45,540 nt of DNA from contig CANRPL010000003.1 of NCBI GenBank assembly GCA_947632495.1, positions 1 through 45,540 of the forward strand, given 5' to 3'. This document shows positions 40,078 through 45,540 of the stretch, one piece after another. Source of the DNA: an uncultured Bacilli bacterium. Lineage in GTDB: Bacteria; Bacillota_I; Bacilli_A; RF39; UBA660. How positions within the stretch are numbered: the stretch's first letter is position 1; each line of letters begins with the position of its first letter. The notes beneath the pieces were generated by a model. The model made no database searches and was not told the DNA's origin. It saw only the letters and a program-made list of their open reading frames with translations. Made by a program: the position numbers and the translations under genes.

Positions 40078-40752
40078 CTATTTTAAGCTATAATATTCAC
40101 CATCAATTGGATAGGCATAAACATCCGTATTAGGATATAAATATTCCAAAAAATATCCGGGTGCGGTAGTTTTATTCCCTTCAGATAAGTAATAGTCAAA
40201 CATTCTAATTACTTCACGAGGATAAAAATACAAAGCTAACGCCATATGGCTACCAATTGGTTCATTGACTTTTTCATGCATTTCAATAACTTTATTGTCC
40301 CCATCAAAACGAATAATACCATATTTTCGCATTTCAGTCATGTTTTGTAATGCTTTAACAGCAACAACAGGTGCCTGTTTTTTATTATAATATTCATACA
40401 TACTAATAAAGTCAAAGTCGTATAAAGCGTCACCTGCTACAATTAACAAATCATCATCGATGTTTTCACAGTTTAGAGTAAACTTAATATCTCCAATGGC
40501 TCCTAACTTTGCTTCAGGTGAAGTCGTATTATCATTAATAATTTTTATCTTACTGCTTTTATTAATACTCCAATTTAGAAAATTATCATAATACTTTCCA
40601 TTAGTAACAACGTATATTTTGTCGATACTATTAATATCTTCAACCTGATCAATTAAAACATCGAGAGCACATAAATTTTCGTCAATGGCTAATAAAGCCT
40701 TGGGTTCATCAACATCATCATTATGTTCAGCACATAAAATAATACATTTCAT
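40078..40752 (-). CDS. Sugar-phosphate nucleotidyltransferase homolog with degenerate signature
   Basis: MKCIIL, PKALL, VVTN, LGAIGD, VAGD, YG...EK are present, but AGxxTR is replaced by AEHNDD and there is no C-terminal DxG. Confidence 0.8.
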   Translation of the reverse strand: MKCIILCAEHNDDVDEPKALLAIDENLCALDVLIDQVEDINSIDKIYVVTNGKYYDNFLNWSINKSSKIKIINDNTTSPEAKLGAIGDIKFTLNCENIDDDLLIVAGDALYDFDFISMYEYYNKKQAPVVAVKALQNMTEMRKYGIIRFDGDNKVIEMHEKVNEPIGSHMALALYFYPREVIRMFDYYLSEGNKTTAPGYFLEYLYPNTDVYAYPIDGEYYSLK

Positions 40753-40761
40753 TTTTAACCC

Positions 40762-41772
40762 CTATTCTAATACTGTATTGGCTTTAGCTTTTAAATCTAA
40801 ACCTGACGTACGTCCTTTTAAATAAGCAAAGTACCCAGCCGCTGCTATCATCGTCGCGTTATCGGTGCAGTAACGAAATTCAGGAATTGTTAAGTTATAA
40901 TTTTTTTCTTCACATAGTTCCTTTAATCTCGTTCTAATACCGCTATTTGCTGCAACACCACCAGCAATAATTAAATTTTTAACATCATAATTTTCTAAAG
41001 CCATCATTGTTTTTTTAGCTAATATATCAACAACACGTTGTTGAAAAGAACATGCCAAATCAGCCTTATTAATTTCATGCCCACGTTGTTCTTCATTATG
41101 AACTAAATTAATAACTGCACTTTTTAAACCACTAAAAGAAAAGTTATAAGAGCCATCAGCTAATGGTGTAGGTAAAGAATAATTATCTTGTCCATCGTAG
41201 GACATTTTATCAACTAAAGGTCCACCTGGATATGGAACTTTAATAATACGTGCTACTTTATCATATGCCTCACCAACAGCATCATCTAAAGTGCCGCCTA
41301 TTTTTTCAAAGCAATAATTATCTTTCATATAAACTAGTTCTGTATGACCACCGCTAACAACTAAAGCAATCAAAGGAAATTCCATTTTCTTTGTTAAGTT
41401 ATTCGCATATATATGTCCAGCAATATGATGAACTGGAACAAGTGGTTTATTATAAACATATGCTAATGTTTCAGCTGCCACTACACCAACTAATAAGGAA
41501 CCAATTAAACCTGGACCATATGTAACAGCAATAGCAGTAATATCATCCATTGTCATATTAGCCTTTGTAAGACATTCTTCAATAACCATCGTAATATTTT
41601 CTACATGCATACGACTAGCTATTTCAGGTACTACACCGCCATAATTAGCATGTGTATCCATTTGTGATAGAACAACTGTTGCAATATCTTCTGACCCGTT
41701 TTTTACAATGGCAACACTTGTTTCATCACAACTAGATTCTATTCCTAAAATATATACATCTTTACTCATCAT
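40762..41772 (-). CDS. tsaD: tRNA N6-adenosine threonylcarbamoyltransferase
   Basis: IESSCDET, GGVVPEIASR, HHIAGH, VSGGHT, DDAVGEAYDK, FSFSGLK, GGVAAN, CTDNA. Confidence 0.98.
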   Translation of the reverse strand: MMSKDVYILGIESSCDETSVAIVKNGSEDIATVVLSQMDTHANYGGVVPEIASRMHVENITMVIEECLTKANMTMDDITAIAVTYGPGLIGSLLVGVVAAETLAYVYNKPLVPVHHIAGHIYANNLTKKMEFPLIALVVSGGHTELVYMKDNYCFEKIGGTLDDAVGEAYDKVARIIKVPYPGGPLVDKMSYDGQDNYSLPTPLADGSYNFSFSGLKSAVINLVHNEEQRGHEINKADLACSFQQRVVDILAKKTMMALENYDVKNLIIAGGVAANSGIRTRLKELCEEKNYNLTIPEFRYCTDNATMIAAAGYFAYLKGRTSGLDLKAKANTVLE

Positions 41773-42181
41773 TCATCAACTCTCTTACCATTAAAATACC
41801 ATCACCAGTTGGATAATAGTCCTTTCGAATAGCTACTTCCTTAAACTGAAATTTCTGGTATAACAAAATAGCCATGGTATTGCTTTTAGCAACTTCTAAA
41901 GAAATATTTAAATATTTTTTTTGAACTGCTTCCTTAATTAAATATTCAAGTAATTTACTAGCAATACCTTGATGGCGATAATTATCTATAGTTAAGATAT
42001 AATTAATCTCTATACGATCATAAATATCACTATAATAAATAAATGCTTTTACCTTTCCATGATCTTCAAAAACCATGATTTTACCAAAAGGATTGATTAC
42101 TTTTAAGTTTTCAGGCGAAGGCGCTACCATATAATATTTATTTAGTAATTCATAATCATCAACGATAGCTTCTCTAATCAT
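41762..42181 (-). CDS. rimI: RimI-like GNAT N-acetyltransferase
   Basis: RHQGIA, LEVAKSN, LYQKF, RKDYY; canonical position between tsaB and tsaD. Confidence 0.88.
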   Translation of the reverse strand: MIREAIVDDYELLNKYYMVAPSPENLKVINPFGKIMVFEDHGKVKAFIYYSDIYDRIEINYILTIDNYRHQGIASKLLEYLIKEAVQKKYLNISLEVAKSNTMAILLYQKFQFKEVAIRKDYYPTGDGILMVRELMNDE

Positions 42182-42791
42182 TTTTTCCCTTTAAATTTTC
42201 TTCCGCTTCTGTTTTCTTTAAATAATTAGGATTAACTTTATGACAAGGTATTGCCTCATCATTAAGATGCATAGCGACAATCTTTTCAATATCAGTTTGA
42301 GGTTTTTCAGCATCTAAATTGTCATCATGACTAACTTTAATGCCATCGGTAAAATATTCTTTTAAGTCATCATATTTTATATATTGGTCAGGCAATATAT
42401 TCTTCAAATCAGTGTCATAAACCCCTGCATAAACATAGCCTCTACGTGCATCAATCATAGGAATGATATATTTCTCTTTATGTGGCGTAGTTGCCATAAA
42501 TTCAAGACTGGATATTGTAACAATATCTTTTTTTAATGACCACGCTAAAACTTTAGCGATAGTCACACCAATGCGGACACCCGTAAAAGAACCTGGACCA
42601 TTGACAACCATTATTTTATCAATGTCATTAATTGTAAATGATACTTGATTAAAGCCTTCTTGAATGACAGGCAACATCCTTGATGCCATATCATCCTTTA
42701 TTTCTTCTTGAAATAAGTATTTAATCTTTCCATCTTCAATAATTGCCACTGTAGCAAAAAAAGAAGACGTATCTAAAAATAATATTTTCAC
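42174..42791 (-). CDS. tsaB: t6A biosynthesis protein TsaB
   Basis: LDTSS, GPGSFTGVRIG, IDARR, PNYLKKTEAE. Confidence 0.96.
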   Translation of the reverse strand: MKILFLDTSSFFATVAIIEDGKIKYLFQEEIKDDMASRMLPVIQEGFNQVSFTINDIDKIMVVNGPGSFTGVRIGVTIAKVLAWSLKKDIVTISSLEFMATTPHKEKYIIPMIDARRGYVYAGVYDTDLKNILPDQYIKYDDLKEYFTDGIKVSHDDNLDAEKPQTDIEKIVAMHLNDEAIPCHKVNPNYLKKTEAEENLKGKND

Positions 42792-43237
42792 AATACCGCC
42801 TCACATAATTCTTCATATTTTGTTCCATAAGGAGTGATGATAAGAACACGTTTATCTTCATCAACAACCTTAAATTTTATTTCTAATCTTTCTTCTGGTA
42901 AGACGTCTTTAATTGTATCGGCCCATTCAATAGCAACGACGCCACCTTTAGTAAAATATTCTTCCATACCAATACCATCTGTTTTACCATCTAAACGATA
43001 AACATCAAAATGGTATAAAGGTAGCTCGCCATCATACTCTTTAACAATTGTAAATGTTGGTGAGGTAATACTTTCTTCAATGCCTAAAGCTTGGGCAATA
43101 CCTTTAACAAACATCGTTTTGCCACTTCCTAATTCACCATTTAGGCAAATTACCATATTAGGGAACTTCTCTGATTCAAAATTTTGGGCTAACTCAAGTG
43201 TCTCTGTTACACTATGAGATGTATATTTATATTCCAT
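42788..43237 (-). CDS. tsaE: t6A biosynthesis ATPase TsaE
   Basis: GELGSGKT, SPTFTI, HFDVYRL, IEWA. Confidence 0.97.
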   Translation of the reverse strand: MEYKYTSHSVTETLELAQNFESEKFPNMVICLNGELGSGKTMFVKGIAQALGIEESITSPTFTIVKEYDGELPLYHFDVYRLDGKTDGIGMEEYFTKGGVVAIEWADTIKDVLPEERLEIKFKVVDEDKRVLIITPYGTKYEELCEAVL

Positions 43238-43299
43238 AAAATCACCACTATCATTATAGCAAACTTTTTATATGTTAGACAACATTTTTTAAATATCTG

Positions 43300-44061
43300 T
43301 TAATTATGTTTACGATAGACTTTCATCCGGGCATGTTCTTCTGGCTTGATTTTACTTTCATCACGTTTTAGTCTATCTGCGATAATATTACCATAACGCA
43401 TTCTTAAATAATACGTGTTTCCTTCTTTAACAATTTTAAAACGACGGTTATCCAAGCCGACAGCGTTAATAAGACGTAAAGAAGTTTTAGTTTTATCCAT
43501 TGAATCAGCTAATGTAAAATAAACATTATACATATGGTATTTTCTTTTTTGTTTGCCAAGGCCTAAAGCCATCCGGTAAACATGGAGATTTTGATATTTG
43601 TGGGTATCAACAATATCTATTTTATCAATATAATTTTGTCTTTTAGCCCATCTAATAAGTCTTACCGTATAAGCTTGAGAATAAAAATTATAAACTTGCT
43701 TTTTATTATCCGTATTATAAACGGGTAACTGATTGATAAAATTGACCGCGTTCATCTTATAATAAGCTCTTGGATCTTTTAAAAGACGGGCTTCTAAAAA
43801 ATTTCTAATGGACGTCGAGCGTTGAATAATGTCAAAACCAAGGAAAAGGCTAAAGCAAGAATGGCGAAAACTTTTCATTGAAAGTCTTTCAACGGAAGAA
43901 CCTAACCACACCCCTAAAGTAACAGCCATGAAAAGGCCTAAAATAGCGGGGATATTAGGTATCGTGGCCATTAAACCCCAAATACTGACAGGGATGATTA
44001 GAGCCAGGCGATGTTTAATATTATAACGTTTTAAAGCTTCTCTTTTACTTCTAGATTTCAT
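43300..44061 (-). CDS. Hypothetical basic membrane protein (paralog B)
   Basis: Two N-terminal hydrophobic helices plus an R/K/Y-rich soluble domain; colinear similarity to 44071..44832; GAGG RBS at the upstream stop. Confidence 0.85.
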   Translation of the reverse strand: MKSRSKREALKRYNIKHRLALIIPVSIWGLMATIPNIPAILGLFMAVTLGVWLGSSVERLSMKSFRHSCFSLFLGFDIIQRSTSIRNFLEARLLKDPRAYYKMNAVNFINQLPVYNTDNKKQVYNFYSQAYTVRLIRWAKRQNYIDKIDIVDTHKYQNLHVYRMALGLGKQKRKYHMYNVYFTLADSMDKTKTSLRLINAVGLDNRRFKIVKEGNTYYLRMRYGNIIADRLKRDESKIKPEEHARMKVYRKHN

Positions 44062-44070
44062 AGTTTATCC

Positions 44071-44832
44071 TCACTTCACTAATGTTTTAATCTTTGACGG
44101 CTCACTTAAGGCATCACTTTTAAAGATACGACTTTTAATAATATGCCTATAACGAATCTTCAAATAATAAGTTGAGGTATCCTTAACAATTTGAAACCGT
44201 TCTTGATTAAGACCTACTTCATTAATTAAATCTAAAGCTACATGTGGCTTATCCACTTCGTCAGTTAAAGTAAAACTAACTTGGTATAACTTATAACGTC
44301 TAGAGTGTGGTTTATAGCCTAAAGCTTTAGCGTAACTACTTAAGGCGTCATTACTTTTATCCCTATTTATAACCACATCTTGAACATAACGCTTACGTTC
44401 TAAAATGCGGAAAAGGTACATCGTATATGCGTGTGAGACAAAAGAATAATGCATTCTTTTACCTTCAGTATCATGGATAGGTAATTGATTAATTAAATTA
44501 ACCGCACTCATTTTATAATAAGCAGTCCTGTCTTTTAAAATTTTACTATCGACATAATCTTTCATACTAGTAAGCCTTTGGGTTACTTCATAATAATCAT
44601 CATTATGAAAAAAACAAAAGCAAGTATTCTTAAAGCTTTTAACGACAGCGCTTTCCACAAAATCAGTTCCCAAGATAGCCATAAGAGGTAAGAGGGTGAA
44701 AAAGATAATGATGGCTGTAATTTCCGATACCAAAGCCATTAAAAGGCCCACACTAATTATTGGCATAATTAAGCCTAAGCGATGCCGAAAATTATACTTT
44801 TTCATCCGTTCCCATCGGTTATTTTTCATCAT
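44071..44832 (-). CDS. Hypothetical basic membrane protein (paralog A)
   Basis: Same architecture; start moved to ATG 44832 or 44829 after GGGGTGA. Confidence 0.85.
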   Translation of the reverse strand: MMKNNRWERMKKYNFRHRLGLIMPIISVGLLMALVSEITAIIIFFTLLPLMAILGTDFVESAVVKSFKNTCFCFFHNDDYYEVTQRLTSMKDYVDSKILKDRTAYYKMSAVNLINQLPIHDTEGKRMHYSFVSHAYTMYLFRILERKRYVQDVVINRDKSNDALSSYAKALGYKPHSRRYKLYQVSFTLTDEVDKPHVALDLINEVGLNQERFQIVKDTSTYYLKIRYRHIIKSRIFKSDALSEPSKIKTLVK

Positions 44833-44886
44833 CTCACCCCCATAAATACGTATTATGTATTCTATCACAAACAATAATATAAGACA

Positions 44887-44914
44887 ATAAAAAAATGACT
44901 TTTGTCATTTTTAT
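44887..44914 (-). terminator. rRNA operon terminator
   Basis: Minus strand aaaaatgac-aaaa-gtcattttt followed by further T, just past the 5S gene. Confidence 0.7.
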
Positions 44915-44926
44915 AGCAAAAAAAAA

Positions 44927-45030
44927 ATTTGCAACACCCTATTTTCGCATACACTATCGTCGGCACTAAGAGTCTTAACTTCTGTGTTCGGGATGGGAAC
45001 AGGTGTATCACTCTTGCTATCGTCACAAAT
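44927..45030 (-). rRNA. rrf: 5S rRNA, short (about 104 nt)
   Basis: Minus strand ...CACCTGTTCCCATCCCGAACACAGAAGTTAAG...; terminal helix ATTTGTGAC/GTTGCAAAT. Confidence 0.96.
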
Positions 45031-45095
45031 TTAAATATGGGAAAATAATTCCCTGAAAACATGATAATGTGTAATCTCATCAATAAGAATAAATA

Positions 45096-45540
<445 letters not shown>

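Noticed and set aside
44865-45083. 72-aa ORF
   Set aside because: Overlaps the 5S rRNA gene and the 23S-5S spacer.

Overview
Low-GC (roughly 30% by eye), almost entirely chromosomal core region of an anaerobic, spore-forming Firmicute; most genes run on the minus strand, downstream of an rRNA operon whose 23S 3' end and 5S gene lie at the right edge. A Bacilli-type gene complement, an unusually short 5S rRNA, PFOR and superoxide reductase, and very compact intergenic regions suggest a reduced-genome host-associated Bacilli lineage such as RF39/UBA660 (inference only). Housekeeping genes: lspA, recD2, nifJ/PFOR, ligA, dfx, valS with a Val T-box, tpiA, pgk, efp, rpmG, a class B PBP, nfo, pcrA, tsaEB-rimI-tsaD and two ABC systems. 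Sporulation genes: spo0A with phased 0A boxes, an uninterrupted pro-sigK, and YqfT-, YtlACD- and YrzQ-like genes with sigma-E/K/G-like promoters. I saw no mobile element, prophage or CRISPR array. The most striking signal is a tightly coupled three-gene unit at 7872-11789: (1) a full-length pyruvate formate-lyase homolog lacking both catalytic cysteines and both pyruvate-binding arginines, (2) its cognate activase with the radical-SAM CX3CX2C and SAM-binding loops cleanly deleted, and (3) a pilin-like membrane domain fused to an intact SGNH hydrolase. It looks like a repurposed pseudoenzyme pair rather than a decaying pseudogene. Two further intact but motif-stripped proteins (RnfD-like, NTP-transferase-like) repeat the pattern. 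All family assignments and reference residue numbers come from motif recognition and memory, not from database searches.
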